Shown here: in pieces, positions 38,724 through 52,641 of the stretch
Layout: each line of letters starts with the position of its first letter
Position numbering within the stretch: position 1 is the stretch's first letter
Assembly (NCBI GenBank): GCA_009103225.1
Contig: RHPI01001507.1
Location: forward strand, 574,765 to 638,764
Direction: 5' to 3'
From: Chlorokybus atmophyticus
Lineage: Eukaryota > Plantae > Mesostigma and Chlorokybus algae
DNA: 64,000 bases
Program-made: the position numbers and the translations under genes
The notes under the pieces: model-generated
Told to the model about the DNA's origin: nothing
What the model saw: only the letters and a program-made list of their open reading frames with translations
Databases searched by the model: none

Positions 38724-41700
38724 TTACGCGCTCTCGGTCTTTGCACTCTCGCCGGCAGCCACAATGACATCAGTAGCATTGTTGTTGTTGAAGACGGCGG
38801 GCGACTCCTTGTATGTGCGACGCATGTAGGCGCTGCCTCGCTCGGAGCGTGAGTTCTCGGCGAACTGAAGCACGGACGTGTGACGGTTCTGAGCACGCTC
38901 CTCCTCAGTGAACTCGCTCACGTAATAGTCCTCCTCGGTCGCGTCTGCCTGCGCGGGTGAATGTGTGTGTGAGTGCGTGCGTGCATGTGCGTGTACGTAT
39001 ACGTGTACGTGTACGTGTGCATGCAAATATGCACGAGCATGTGCGTGTGCGTGTGAACGCACGTGCATGTATGTGTGTGCGTGGGTGTGCGTGCGCACGT
39101 GTTAGCAAGAACACACGTTCGCGTCTGTGGGTATATGTGTGCGAATGGGCGTAACTTTTGTCTGTATGTGCGTGCGTGTTCTGCACACTCACACACGCAC
39201 TGCAATCAGGAATAAATGCGTGTAGTACCTTGAATAACTCTGTGCAGTTTCATGAGCATCTATATGCACGCACGTATACAAACCAAACCACACATGCCGT
39301 GCATGTGCACACACTACAGATGCATTGCCAAGCAGTCCATGCGACTCACCTTTGTGGAGGGTCGGAAGAACATGGAGCCCCACTGCGGGAAGTGAATCAG
39401 CACGCAGAGGAGAGACACCCCAACCATCGACAAGCCCAAGTAGGTGATTCCGTCCTCTGTCTTGATCCTCTCCGAGTTCTGAAAGAACACTCCCTGCACA
39501 GATTTGTGTGTACTAATTAAGTATGAACTCACAACCACCACAACGACAACAACGACAACATGAACAAAGGTAGTTGCAGCAACAGAAGTAGTGCAGTAGT
39601 GGCTGGTGTCATTGTTGTGGTGTCAACCGACAATGCGTACTACAACACTACAACAGTCACAAAAACAACAACAACAACGGCAACAGCAACGACAACAGCA
39701 GCAGCAGCAGCAGCAGCAGAAGTGTCTGTGTTTTTTACTTGGACCAAAGCCGAGCCCGCGTTGCCGCCCGCGCCAACAAAGCCCGACACCACGCCGAGGG
39801 CGCGGCGCGACACGAACGGCACCACGCCGAAACACGCACCCTCGGCAGCCTGTTGTCATGTTGTCATGTTGGGATGTTGGTGCGTTGTGTTGCTGTTGCT
39901 ATGTTGTAACGTCGTGTTGTGCTTGCCTGCGTGAAGATGGCGTAGATCAACAGCGTCGCTATTGCTGCGCCCAGGTTGGACATCTTCCCGGTAACTATGC
40001 ACATGACACCCGCCATTGTCTGCGGGCAACAGTTAAACACAGGTACGCACACGCAGGAATGCAGACGAGCACGGGTACACAAGTGCGCACACTGGCATTC
40101 ACATATGTGCGCGATGCATACGTGTATACGCGCTTACGCGCTCAGACACCACAAGAGGGTGCGTGTGCACATGTGCACACTCCCACGCTCCCACTGACAC
40201 TCTCTCTCACACACTCTCTCACACACCCACACACACCCATCCACCCACCCACCTGCAGTCCCCACAGCGTCCACAATCTCCCCCTCATCCCGTACCGTCT
40301 CCCCGCCCGGTCGCTCGACACCCCTCCCAGCGACCGCGAGAACACGTTCATCAGACCGAACGAGGAGGCGATGAAGCCGGCGGCGCGGAGATCCACGTCG
40401 AAACGGTCGAAGAAGTAGGACTGTGTGTGCGGGGGTGTTGGTTGTTCAGTGGGGGGAGTTGTTGAGATTTATAAACGAGTTCTTACCGCGGTGATGTTGT
40501 TCATGGTGAGTTCGGTGCCGAAGGAGAAGCCGTACAGTGCGACGAGGATCCACGTGCGGTAGTTGCGGGCGCCCACCAGGAACACGCCCTTGCCCGACTC
40601 TTGCACCTGTATCGCACAACAAACACACAATTCAATGCATAATCCACACACATCAGAGGACGCACACGCACACGCAGGCACACACATGTGCGCGCGCATG
40701 CGTGCGCACCCACCCACCCACCTACACGAGCAACCCCTACACGCACGCCAGCCCAGCCACACACAGACACATACATACATCCACCCACACGCACACCCAC
40801 GCACCTTCTTCCCCGACTTGATGAGCGCTCTATACGACCCATCCGGCAGATCTTGACTACACGTCAACACGAGCCCTCCCATCACCACCATCGCCACTCC
40901 CGGCACGAAGAACGCCACCCTCCATGCCAAGAAGTTGCTCTTCGTGATCGATGCGAGCAGTGCGAAGACCAGAGGCATGAAGAACTGCGTGGCGCCGCCG
41001 CCCAAGTTGCCCCACCCGCCCGCCGTCGCGTTGGCGAGACCCACGATGCGGGGGGCGAACATGGAAGAGCACCAGAACTGGATGGCCACGAACTCGGCGA
41101 GGGCGAAACCGATGCAGAGACGGGCGATGATGAACCTGAGTGGGTGGGTGTGGGTGGATTGGGGTGCGTGTGGGTGGGTGGACACACCGACCTTGTCACA
41201 GTACACACCATGATATTGATATCACACACACGCACGCGCACGCGCAAACCCATATTTCCACATACCCACAACAAACACGCATCCCCACATACCCTGTCGC
41301 CGTCTTGACCAAGCTTATGCAGAACACCGCGGGCGCCGTCCCCAGCACCACAATACTGATCCCATATCTCGGTCCAACCGTATCACAGACGGCTCCCATC
41401 GCTATGCGTGCAGCAATTGTCCCCGTGACAGTGGCGATGCCAGCCGTGCCCAACTGCGACCCAGTGAGGTTGAGGTCCTCCCTGATGATGGGCAAGAGGG
41501 GGGCGGCGGCGAAGGTGGCGGCGAAGACAACAAAGTGGGTGAGCCAGGAGAGGTGGAAGGCGCGCATGTGGGGGAGACGAAGGGAGAAGGGCTTGAGACG
41601 GAGGGACTTGTGCTCGGAGTCGACCTGAGGGGTGGGAGGGTGGGTATGTGGGTGGGTGGGTGGGTGGGTGTTGGGCACAGATACATGTACGCGTACCGGG

Positions 41701-42202
41701 AGGTCGAATTTTGCGGTTGAGGGGTCGGTGCCGGCGGGTGAAGCGTGCGTGTCAAAGTCGATGGTGCGGGCGAGCTGATGCAGTCGGGCGGTTCAGTGTG
41801 CGTGCATGTGTGGGTGGGTGGCTGGGTGGGTTTGTGGATATGTGGGTGCGTGGGCATGTGCGTATATGGGTTGTGTGACTGGGTTTGGGTGTGCCCAGTG
41901 CGCCATGACCTAATGTTTTGTTGACTGGTGAACCGACTAAGACCAATGCGCACTACCATCACACCATGTTCATAATGTACGTATCGTGCAACGACATACA
42001 AGCAATCACATGATGGAGGGAACAGCAAGCATATAGTTAGATCAGCTGAAGCTCAGAAGCTCAACTGCATTTGCCATTTGCACGACACACACGCTTACTA
42101 ACGCACCTCCAAAACAGCCTCCCTGCCGGTGACGCCATGCATAGAGCTACCAGGCTCTCTACCGGTGTCATGCCCGATCGCCACACCCCGTAGCTCCGCC
42201 AT
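38724..42202 (-). CDS. NRT2: High-affinity nitrate transporter NRT2, copy A (10 exons, 565 aa)
   Basis: Exons: 42202-42107, 41774-41697, 41624-41293, 41135-40805, 40606-40487, 40420-40253, 40019-39927, 39849-39739, 39493-39350, 38948-38724 (1698 nt). Motifs [76 protein letters not shown]. Confidence 0.95.
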
Positions 42203-42882
42203 ATGCACACCCACACCCACACCTACACCCACAGAGCAGGCGGCGGCGGCGGCAGACTCTACAGACAACGCTGGTACTACTGCTGGTCCTCAAATCAACA
42301 CCAATGTCACTCCTACTTGTCCAGGACAGCACCGTACATGTTGCCGGTGCCGCCATGGCCTAGCGCCGTCCAGGGCCCCGCCGCCGTGGGCTAACGCGGG
42401 TTAAGCTAACTGCCCTAGAGGGCTTTTGCCGCAAGTTTTGCGAAGCGTTGTGGCAGAGTGAACTGAGTTGCCTTAACTAGGCTTTGCGGGTGAAAGTTGC
42501 GGATGCGGCGGTTACGTTTGATTGTGGTCGGCTGACTGAGGGTTGAGTATAGGGTAGCTTAAACCTCGATTAGGTCACGGCACACCCCCGCCACGTCATA
42601 TCCAGTATGATAATCAATACTTCCAACGAAGGTTGCCCCTCCGTTCCTCTGGAGGGGTGTTTTTTGGCCCTACAGCGACCTGGTAGGAGGCCAAAGCTTC
42701 CCAGGAGAGGATATTTTGTCCCCGCCTGAGAATGTGGAGATTCTTTCATACGGTTTCAACGGCACATGTATGACATTACCGGTACTGTCGTGTATTGTGG
42801 TAATACATGGGCGGCTTCAGCAACGAATGTGCTTTAGGATGTATAAAAAGCCTGCATGCGTGGTTTGCTCAAAGGTTCTATG

Positions 42883-43009
42883 TGTAAGTTGAATTCTTGA
42901 CCTTATATACATGCAGGCATATGATACATGGCTTATATAGGCCACTTGTAAGTTGAATTCTTGACCTTATAAACATGCAGGCATATGATACGTGGCCTAT
43001 ATAGGCCAC
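42883..43009. repeat. Tandem duplication, 64-bp unit, 2 copies
   Basis: TGTAAGTTGAATTCTTGACCTTATA...TATATAGGCCAC occurs at 42883 and 42947. Confidence 0.9.
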
Positions 43010-43344
43010 GTATATGCATGCGTTGAGTACATTGCAACTTATTTAACTTACATAAGTTGAAGCGGAACGCAACACGACACAGCCAATCACATGAATTAAC
43101 ATGCATTATTGGCTACATATTATGTTACGTTATTGATGATGGACGCTGAGGGTTGATTGGTTGTGCGCTATGTAAAATGTAGCATTAAACGCCGTAACGT
43201 GCCGTCCACATAACCGCTTGCAATTACATTACACAACACATTTTCGATGATGCTAGTATAATACACAACAGATAGTGTAGGGCCAATCAGTCAAGCAAGC
43301 AAGCGCAACGCAGCAATGCTGGATCAAACAGCACAAGTAGCATC

Positions 43345-43468
43345 CGTATCACTTTGGTGCATATGGTTGCTCGTGCCTTGCTAAACCACATCGTAACATG
43401 CTTTTACGTATCACTTTGGTGCATATGGTTGCTCGTGCCTTGCTAAACCACATCGTAACATGCTTTTA
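43345..43468. repeat. Tandem duplication, 62-bp unit, 2 copies
   Basis: CGTATCACTTTGGTGCATATGGTTGCTCGTGCCTTGCTAAACCACATCGTAACATGCTTTTA occurs at 43345 and 43407. Confidence 0.9.
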
Positions 43469-44606
43469 CTCATCATGCAATAATTGCGGTAATAATTGAT
43501 CTTGTTTGATTTATCTACTTGTTTAAGGCGTTGATGTATGTAAACTATGTTGCTGACACATTAAATGTGTCAAGTACATAAATGAAAATTTTCGTTCGGT
43601 CGTGTGTTATTAAGAGCATGGCTAGGTGGGCAACTCTCACCATTGCCCCCTTTCGAGTAATTATACAACATATTGCATAAAAATGCTGCTGATGCACATT
43701 GTGCATACCAATCAACTATGCATGATACACCTAACGAATTGAAGACACGCGCGCACCCGCTCACTCATGCACCGTACATGCTGCATTAATAACTGATCTA
43801 CTTCTATATACAAAGCTAAAAGCGGTATGATATCAGGTAGATTTTGCCATCTTTGGTGTGAGAACGTGTACCGAAATGTGTTATTTTGGTAGATTTATGT
43901 GCCGTGTATACTGCACTACACGAATTCAACATTCCCTCATGTTACGTGTACCAAATGCAACCAAGCCCGATATGATGACCAGCTATGAGCACATGCGGAC
44001 ACACATTGCATTCGTTGAGTGAGTGGGTGCGCGCATACTGCTACACATACTGTGTACAAACAATGTGGAACGGAACTTGTGCATGATGTTTGCGTGCATG
44101 CTGTTATCAGCGTATTGCGTCCTTTGTCCACAACACAGCGCGGCTCGACCAGCAACATAAAATGCAGCTAACAGCCTTGCACAGTGTGCACGTGACACTG
44201 GTCCAAACTCGCAAGGTAATCTTGTCACCATGCAGTGCTGAGACTCAGCTGCAGGCAAAGGCCTAACACAACTTCCCGCACCCGAGAAGCATGAAACAAA
44301 GTACACCACCCAATCTATTGCAGAGTCAGTACTTCACCTGACATGCAAACCTGTGCAGCACAGCACAGCACAGTGCCCAAGCTGCCACTAAGTAATGGTA
44401 ATATACTCACAGGTGATATGATATGCCATAGATTACTCTACCCAATCCTGCACCTACGCTCTACTACTACAAAGTGCTCTATGCGGTTGACACCAACAAC
44501 GTGAGATGCCTCACCGATGCTCTACCGTGTTATTACACAGCAACCTACCAAAAAGCAAACAAGCGAAACCTCCCTTTATGCAGCGCTGCCTGCTGATAGC
44601 ACCACT

Positions 44607-46467
44607 TCAGTCATCCATGGACTCCTCGTAATCCTCGCCACCATCCATGCTGTCTTCATCATCATCATCACCATCAGTCTGAGTGTCCCCATATCCATCC
44701 TGGTTATCACCAGCAGCAGGATGTAGGCGTGCATCCTCCTCGGCCTCAAGCACAAACTTCGGGAGCTGGTCTTCAATGCCGTGTTTAGCAAAGAGAGTCC
44801 TCATCTCCAGGTTAACAGGCCTAAAAAAGTCCCTCAATGCCCTATCCGTGGCCGGAGAAATGTCGGGTGGCGGGCACCTGTGATGTTGGGATGCGGCATT
44901 CTGGTGCAGAACCTCCTCTGGGATGGGTGTCTCATAAGGGATGTTGAGGAACTCCATCACACGTTGGGCGGTGCGGGCACTTCCTTCGGGTGTCTCAAGC
45001 TCCCGAAAGTCCACAACAAGGAACTGTTCTGCCGGCGGGAAGAGGCGGAACCACTGTTCCAGCTGGAGGACATACCAAGAGGCGAAGAAGGGACTGTCAA
45101 AGGGCGGGGGCGCATCCATACCACACTCGAGGTAGATCTGCTGCTTGGAGAGGTTCTCGTGGTTGTCTATGCAGGCCTGGGCTGCAGGAAGCGCTTGAGC
45201 CACCCACTGATCGAATGTGGTCTCGCACTCTATGTGCCAGGTCCAGCGCCCAATGTGGTGGAACCAGGAGAGGAGGCGTGTGACGGGGTCCCGCAGTGAA
45301 ACGAGGAACTTCAAGTCTTCGTGCAGGCCGAAGCGCGCGTAGTGGGCGCCGATCTCGAGTGGTGCGCTCAGCAGACGCATGTAGGATGGAGTCCCGTCCA
45401 TCACATACTTCACGGGCTGCACACATTGCAATGTTGGTGCATATGGGTGTATTTGGTGCTGCTGGTCACAAGAGACAAGGATGCCGAGTGGCAACACACC
45501 AGATGTGCGCACAGACGTGCACATGAGCACGCATGCGGACGAGCACACGCAAACGCATGCGCGCACCGAGACGAATGGCGCGTGTGTTTGCTGTGTGGTC
45601 ACAAGAAAACATGCTGAGCGTCGACACACCAGATGTACGCGCATGCGCACGCACATGCAGGTGGGCGTGCGTACACATGCACGGGCACGCTGCAGCATGC
45701 ACCCGCAAACCCGCTCAGAATGAAGCACAGGTAATTGTGCGACAATGCGAATGAAAAGAAAGAAGGAAAGACACAAAGCAAAAGAAGAACAAATGCGTGT
45801 TATTCAAGTTTACCTCTTGGGCGATGAGAGGGTCGTCACATTCGGGATACTTCTGGGAGTACTGGTCGAACCACTCGTTGGTGTCGAGCCATGCATGTGG
45901 TTCGTCGATGAAGTGCATCTCCTTTGTGGTGTTGGCAACATAACCCTTGCCATAGAGTGGGCTGACCATGTAGCCGTGCACTGTTGTGGACCCGCACTTC
46001 TGCCCGCCGATCAGAAACACGCTGGGCACCGCCCTCCCATTGTAACAAAACACCCCACTATCTGTCTTCTCCACATGTCCCGCAAGGGCCTTCGGCAACG
46101 GCCGCAGCTGGTAGCTGCACACGAAATGTGTGTGCATGCGTGCATGTGTGCTTGTAGATGCTTGTGCTCACGTAGGCACGCATGTCTGTGCATGTGCGTG
46201 CGCATGCGTGTCCATGTGCTTGTGCGTGCTCGGGTAAGGCTGTGCCTGCATATGCTTGTGTGTGGTTCCTACAACACTGCTGTTAGGATTGTGTATATGC
46301 AAGCTGAGATGAAAGCTGTCAGACACGCAACTAAGGCAATGCCCTTACCTCTGCTCAGAGCTGCTGCGGAGGAGGCGGCGGCTGTCGTGGCCAACAGCGG
46401 CGGAGCAAACACCAAGAAGAAGAAGCAAGATGACGGCGGCCAAAGCAGGCTGCTTACCGTGCGCCAT
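44607..46467 (-). CDS. PAPS-dependent sulfotransferase (HS3ST/NDST-sulfotransferase-domain-like), copy A (3 exons, 409 aa)
   Basis: Exons 46467-46349, 46114-45814, 45416-44607. Signal peptide/anchor followed by RRLL. 5'-PSB loop FLIGGQKCGSTT, KEMHF, DGTPSY and 3'-PB LRDPVTRLLSWFHH. Asp/Glu-rich tail. Confidence 0.88.
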
Positions 46468-49236
46468 TGTAATACTATGGGGCGACCGGATTAGCTGGCA
46501 GTGCTGCTGATGACAGAAAGAGGTAGACCAAGACATCAGCACAGTTGCTTGCTGCCCGAGGTCAAAGCACCCAGCCACGCTTGCAAGCAACCAAACCAGC
46601 TGCCACTGGCTTGGCCTGGCATGACCAAGTGACACGCTTGCACTGACCTTGCAAGGAGAAACTTGAGCCGGCGCCTAGCCAGCTACCCAGAGAGACCAGC
46701 TGGCGTACGCTCGCAGGTTCTCGCAGCCTGGTCAACTGGTCTACCACCGCACGCCTGGCGGCGACGCAGAAGCCAGCATGCACCAGCAGAGCAGAGCAAA
46801 GCAGAGGAGAGGAGAGGAGCGGAGAGCAGGTCAAGCCTCCGCTGCGTTTGACTTCTCAGCCACCAGCCGCTCGGCTCTCTCCTCCAAGCACACCGCGCCT
46901 GAGAGACACTATCCTCGCACCCACGACGACAACGATAATGCTGACCACAGCAGCGTCGCCGACAGCCACGGCGCCGCCTCACCGCCTCGTCGCCGCCGCC
47001 GCCGGAGCAAGCTTCCCACAATGCTGCCAGTGCATGCTTTAATCTGGGACACAACATGCACACACACAGAAAACCGCGAGGAATAGTGATAGCGCGGGAA
47101 TGTTCATGTAACATGCAATGGCTGACAACCTGCATTGCAATGCATTGATGTGCAAGCCAAATGCAGTTTGTCAATTTGCAGGTTGGTGCTAAGTCATGGT
47201 GTTGGACTCGATTGATGCACGTTCACATTACCTACACGCTACCTTGCGCATGTGCGTGACGCTGCGTCACTGACGCAGCGCCCTTGAACACCAAAAAGAC
47301 TTTTCGATCAGGCAGCGGTACCGGTAGTTCGGAATATCATTATGCAAGACTCCACAACCCTTCAGTGGCGGGCAAGGCAGGCCACTGCTTATTGTGCAAG
47401 GACATGAGAGGTGCAAGTTTCTGTGAAGAAAAGTCTTTTGACCGCGCCGCGACCACCTTGACCGGAAGTGGCGCGCCATCTCGTCGATCACGCGTGCGAG
47501 TCAGCTCGCGCCACACATGTTTCGTCGGTCAAGACACGGTGACAGTACCCGGCTGTTGCCGCTCTATCATGACCGGTGTGTGTCTGGTGGATACCTCTCG
47601 CAACAAACCGTCGGCGCGCATGAATCTCCGGGTATACAACACGAGCAAGGCATGTGGCGCAGGCTGCTCAGGAGGTCGGGAACAGGTCTGTACTGAGTAG
47701 GGACCACACAGTCTAACCTCGATAAGTGCATACCATCGGGGACGGGCATTTGAATTCATCGCATTCATACACACTCAATAACTGCATGAAAAATGTATCC
47801 GCTTTAAGTGCAACTGCTATGCACAATGTACATCGTGCTCTTTCCCAGTTCATTGCACAGAGCACATGCACTCACCTAATAGGCTTGGCAATGCCACGTT
47901 GGCATAAGTGCATGTGCTATGCATGTGTTGAGTATCCAAAATCTTGAATTATATGTACTCGTTACATTTACATGTAATTCAGGCATAACGTAATTAACTT
48001 TGATAAGTACATGGGCACATGTTGCATGCGTGTGCACAACATCACGTCATATATCATGTCTGGTCAAGGTTGGACTCCTTAAGATGCATTTATCAATGCA
48101 TGCATACGCTTTTAACGCACAAGTGTTACACAAAAGGCATCGGTGACAGCTAAATTCATGCACCAAACGCCGATATGCACTTATTATATATGTAGTTATT
48201 CTGGTTGGCCTACAAGATGTAAAGTTGTTGTTTAAACAAGGTGAGCCGCTATTGGTCGCCGCTCGTGTCGGTATATCTAAATAGTTTCACTTTAGACCCC
48301 TTGAAACAATTTTGCTAAGCACAACAAAATGTATGCACATCATAAGAACATATTTGCTGTGTGCAATGCACGAGCAAATACTTCGCCGAGTAAACACTGC
48401 ACAATCGATCAAAACACATCCCAAACAATTAGTCTTTTTACATATATTATATGAATTTATGACATCAATATAACAAACAATTACTACTACAAGTTAGCAC
48501 TGTACACTCGACTAAAACACATCCCAAACAATTAAATCATCTTATCTTTAGTAACTACTATTATATTCAATGCTTACATTAATAAAACTTTACATTAACG
48601 GTATATGTGACATCAGTGCCAGACGTACCCACAAACTCCATTTCAAGATAAACAGAATTTCAATTACTCAGTCACAGGAAGTATCCTTTCCTCCCGCACA
48701 CTTGGACCCCCACAAGGTTAGGGCCAAAAACCATCCCATTAAAGAAGCGTGAATGGGCAACCCCTTCATTACACTTGTCAATAGCAAGATATAGTAATAA
48801 TAGAGCAGGGTTGTTATACTCAATGTAACGTCACTGACGTGGCGCAGTGCCGTGACCCAACCGCGGTTGCAATCCCCTTCCCGTAAACAGTTTACGGTAA
48901 GCTCACTCCTCAGTCAGCCGACCACAATCAACGTAACGCGCTTAATGCTGCCTGCAAACCCAACTCAGTTAAGTCTGCTGCAATGCTTCGCAAAACGACA
49001 AAGATTCTGGACGGCAGTTAGTCTAACCCGCGTTAGGCCACGGCGGCGGCGGCGGCGGCGGGCGTGGACGGCCATGGCGGCACTATTGACGCGGACGACG
49101 TTACCCTGTCAGAGGAGGAAGAGGAGTGTTAGTTGTGCTAGCCATAGCAGTGGTAGCAGCGGAATCAGCAGTGTCTGCTGTAGGGACTGTTGCCGCCGCT
49201 TCCTCTGTGGGTGTGGGTGTGGGTGTGGGTGTAGGT

Positions 49237-52200
49237 ATGGCGGAGCTGAGGAGTGTAGCGATAGGTCATGACTTTAGCAGGAAGCCCGGAAGCGTTATGC
49301 ATGGCGTCACCGGCAGGGAGGGCGTCCTGGAGGTTCATGTGTGTGTGCGTTGTGCGACTGGCATATGCCGAACAGCATTCATTGCTTCGCGGTATCTGAG
49401 TTGCAATATTCAATCATGTGGTTAAGTACTTCAATCCATCATGTGATTGTGTGTTGGTCTCGATGGCTGCCGGCGAACGTGATGGTATCGCGCATTGGTC
49501 AGTCGTTCTAACAGTCAACAAGGCATTAGGTCCTGCCGCACTGGGCACACCCACACCCACACCCAGTCACACATATCCATACACCCACATATACCCCACC
49601 CACCTACACCCACCCATCCACATGCACGCACACAAGCCTACACATGAGGACTCATCTCCCTGTCCCACAGCTGTCCCGCACCGTCGACTTCATCGACACG
49701 CACTCGTCATCCCCCCCCAACACCACCAACCCTACGTCACCAACGAAATTCGACCTTCCGGTACGCGTACACATATCTGTTCCCCCCCCCCCCCCCNNNN
49801 NNNNNNNNNNNNNNNNNNNNNNNNNNNNNNNNNNNNNNNNNNNNNNNNNNNNNNNNNNNNNNNNNNNNNNNNNNNNNNNNNNNNNNNNNNNNNNNNNNNN
49901 NNNNNNNNNNNNNNNNNNNNNNNNNNNNNNNNNNNNNNNNNNNNNNNNNNNNNNNNNNNNNNNNNNNNNNNNNNNNNNNNNNNNNNNNNNNNNNNNNNNN
50001 NNNNNNNNNNNNNNNNNNNNNNNNNNNNNNNNNNNNNNNNNNNNNNNNNNNNNNNNNNNNNNNNNNNNNNNNNNNNNNNNNNNNNNNNNNNNNNNNNNNN
50101 NNNNNNNNNNNNNNNNNNNNNNNNNNNNNNNNNNNNNNNNNNNNNNNNNNNNNNNNNNNNNNNNNNNNNNNNNNNNNNNNNNNNNNNNNNNNNNNNNNNN
50201 NNNNNNNNNNNNNNNNNNNNNNNNNNNNNNNNNNNNNNNNNNNNNNNNNNNNNNNNNNNNNNNNNNNNNNNNNNNNNNNNNNNNNNNNNNNNNNNNNNNN
50301 NNNNNNNNNNNNNNNNNNNNNNNNNNNNNNNNNNNNNNNNNNNNNNNNNNNNNNNNNNNNNNNNNNNNNNNNNNNNNNNNNNNNNNNNNNNNNNNNNNNN
50401 NNNNNNNNNNNNNNNNNNNNNNNNNNNNNNNNNNNNNNNNNNNNNNNNNNNNNNNNNNNNNNNNNNNNNNNNNNNNNNNNNNNNNNNNNNNNNNNNNNNN
50501 NNNNNNNNNNNNNNNNNNNNNNNNNNNNNNNNNNNNNNNNNNNNNNNNNNNCACCACCACCCACATACCCACCCACCCAGGTCGACTCCGAGCACAAGTC
50601 CCTCCGTCTCAAGCCCTTCTCCCTCCGTCTCCCCCACATGCGCGCCTTCCACCTCTCCTGGCTCACCCACTTTGTTGTCTTCTTCTCCACCTTTGCCGCC
50701 GCCCCCCTCTTGCCCATCATCAGGGAGGACCTCAACCTCACTGGTGTGGAGCTAAGTACTGCTGGCATCGCGACTGTCACGGGGACCATCGTGGCCAGAG
50801 TGGTGATGGGAACCGTGTGTGATACGGTCGGACCGAGATATGGGATCGGGATCGTCGTGATGGGAACGGCACCGGCGGTGTTTTGTATAAGCTTGGTCAA
50901 GACGGCGACAGGGTGAGTGGTGGTATGTGGGTATGTGGGTATGTGGGTGTTGGTGTGGTTGTTACTATGTGTGTACGTTTGTATGTGTATGTGTGCGTGT
51001 GTTCAAGTGAATAGGGCTGTGAATGCACTTGTATCTGTATACGTGTGTATGTCATACCCACCCGCCCACCCTCCCACAGTTTTATCATCTCCCGTCTCTG
51101 CATCGGTTTCGCCCTCGCCGAGTTCGTCGCTATCCAGTTCTGGTGCTCTTCCATGTTCTCCCCTTCCATCGTGGGTCTCGCCAACGCGACGGCGGCGGGG
51201 TGGGGCAACCTCGGCGGCGGCTTCACCCAATTCCTCATGCCTCTGGTGTTTGGAGTGATAGCGAGCGTGACTGAGAGGGAGTTCTTGGCGTGGAGAGTGG
51301 CGTTCTTCGTACCCGGGGTGGCCATGGTGGGGGTGGGGATCATGGTGTTGATGTGGAGTCAGGATCTGCCGGATGGGTCGTATAGAGCGCTCATCAAGTC
51401 GGGGAAGAAGGTGTGTGCGCGCGCGCGGGTTTGTGTTCTGTTCCATGTGTGTGTGTGTATGCAACACACGTGTGCACGCATGTGCACCCACCCACCTACA
51501 TCACCCACACATACGCACGCACGAATGTTTAGTATACACGTGCATATGCGTGCGCGTGTGTGCTTGCACGTGTGTATTCTCTGAGATGTAAAGTTCAAGC
51601 ATCAAATTGCGTGTGTTGTTGTTCTTGTTGTTTGAACACAGGTGCAGGAGTCGGGCAAGGGCGTGTTCCTGGCGGGCGCCCGCAACTACCGCACGTGGAT
51701 CCTCGTCGCCCTGTATGGCTTCTCCTTCGGCACAGAACTCACAATGAACAACATCACCGCGGTAAGAACCCGGTGTTAACTGGTGGACACCTCTCCCACT
51801 CACCCACACGCGCACACACATTCTCAGAGCTACTTCTTCGACCGTTTCGATGTGGACCTCCGCGCCTCCGGCTTTATCGCGTCATCGTTTGGTCTGATGA
51901 ACGTGTTCTCGCGGTCCACGGGCGGGGTGGCCAGCGACGCCGCGGGGAGGAGGTGGGGGATGAGGGGGAGGTTGTGGACGATGTGGGGCATGCAGGTGAG
52001 TGTGTGTGCGTGCGTGCGTGCGTGCGTACGTGAAAGCATGTGGGTGGGTGTGGGTGTGACTGTTGCCGTGCTGCGCAGACAATGGCGGGTGTCATGTGCG
52101 TAGTTACTGGGCGGATGTCCAACCTCGGCGCAGCGATAGCAACACTACTCATCTACGCCATCTTCACGCAGGCAAGCACAGCACAACACGACAACATTAC

Positions 52201-52599
52201 AAAAATAGAACATCCTAAGAAAACAACAGTGACAACAGGCTGCGGAGGGTGCGTGTTTCGGCGTGGTGCCGTTCGTGTCGCGCCGCGCCCTCGGCGTGGT
52301 GTCGGGCTTTGTTGGCGCGGGCGGCAACGCGGGATCGGCTTTGGTCCAGGTAAGGGGGGTTACACCAACAGTTCTGCCGGTGTAATAGAAATCATCAATG
52401 TGGTTGACACAACAACAACAAGAACACCAACGGCTACTGCTACTACGTTGTTGTTGCTGTTGCTGTTGTTGTTGTGGTGGTGGTTGTGACTGTTGTGGTG
52501 TAGTAGGAATTACTGGTGTGGTTGACACAACGACACCAAGAACACCAACGATTACTGCTACTACCATTGGTGTTGCTGTTGCTGTTATTGTCGTTGTCG

Positions 52600-52641
<42 letters not shown>

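Noticed and set aside
46778-47086. Antisense ORF upstream of SULT-A with a similar frame at 60523-60813
   Set aside because: The similarity follows from the duplicated promoter/5' region. The ATG-containing frame is not preserved between copies and substitutions show no codon pattern.
49418-50900. 300-445-aa ORFs, and similar ones at 14804-15553 and 25905-26532
   Set aside because: Their length comes from reading through N gaps.
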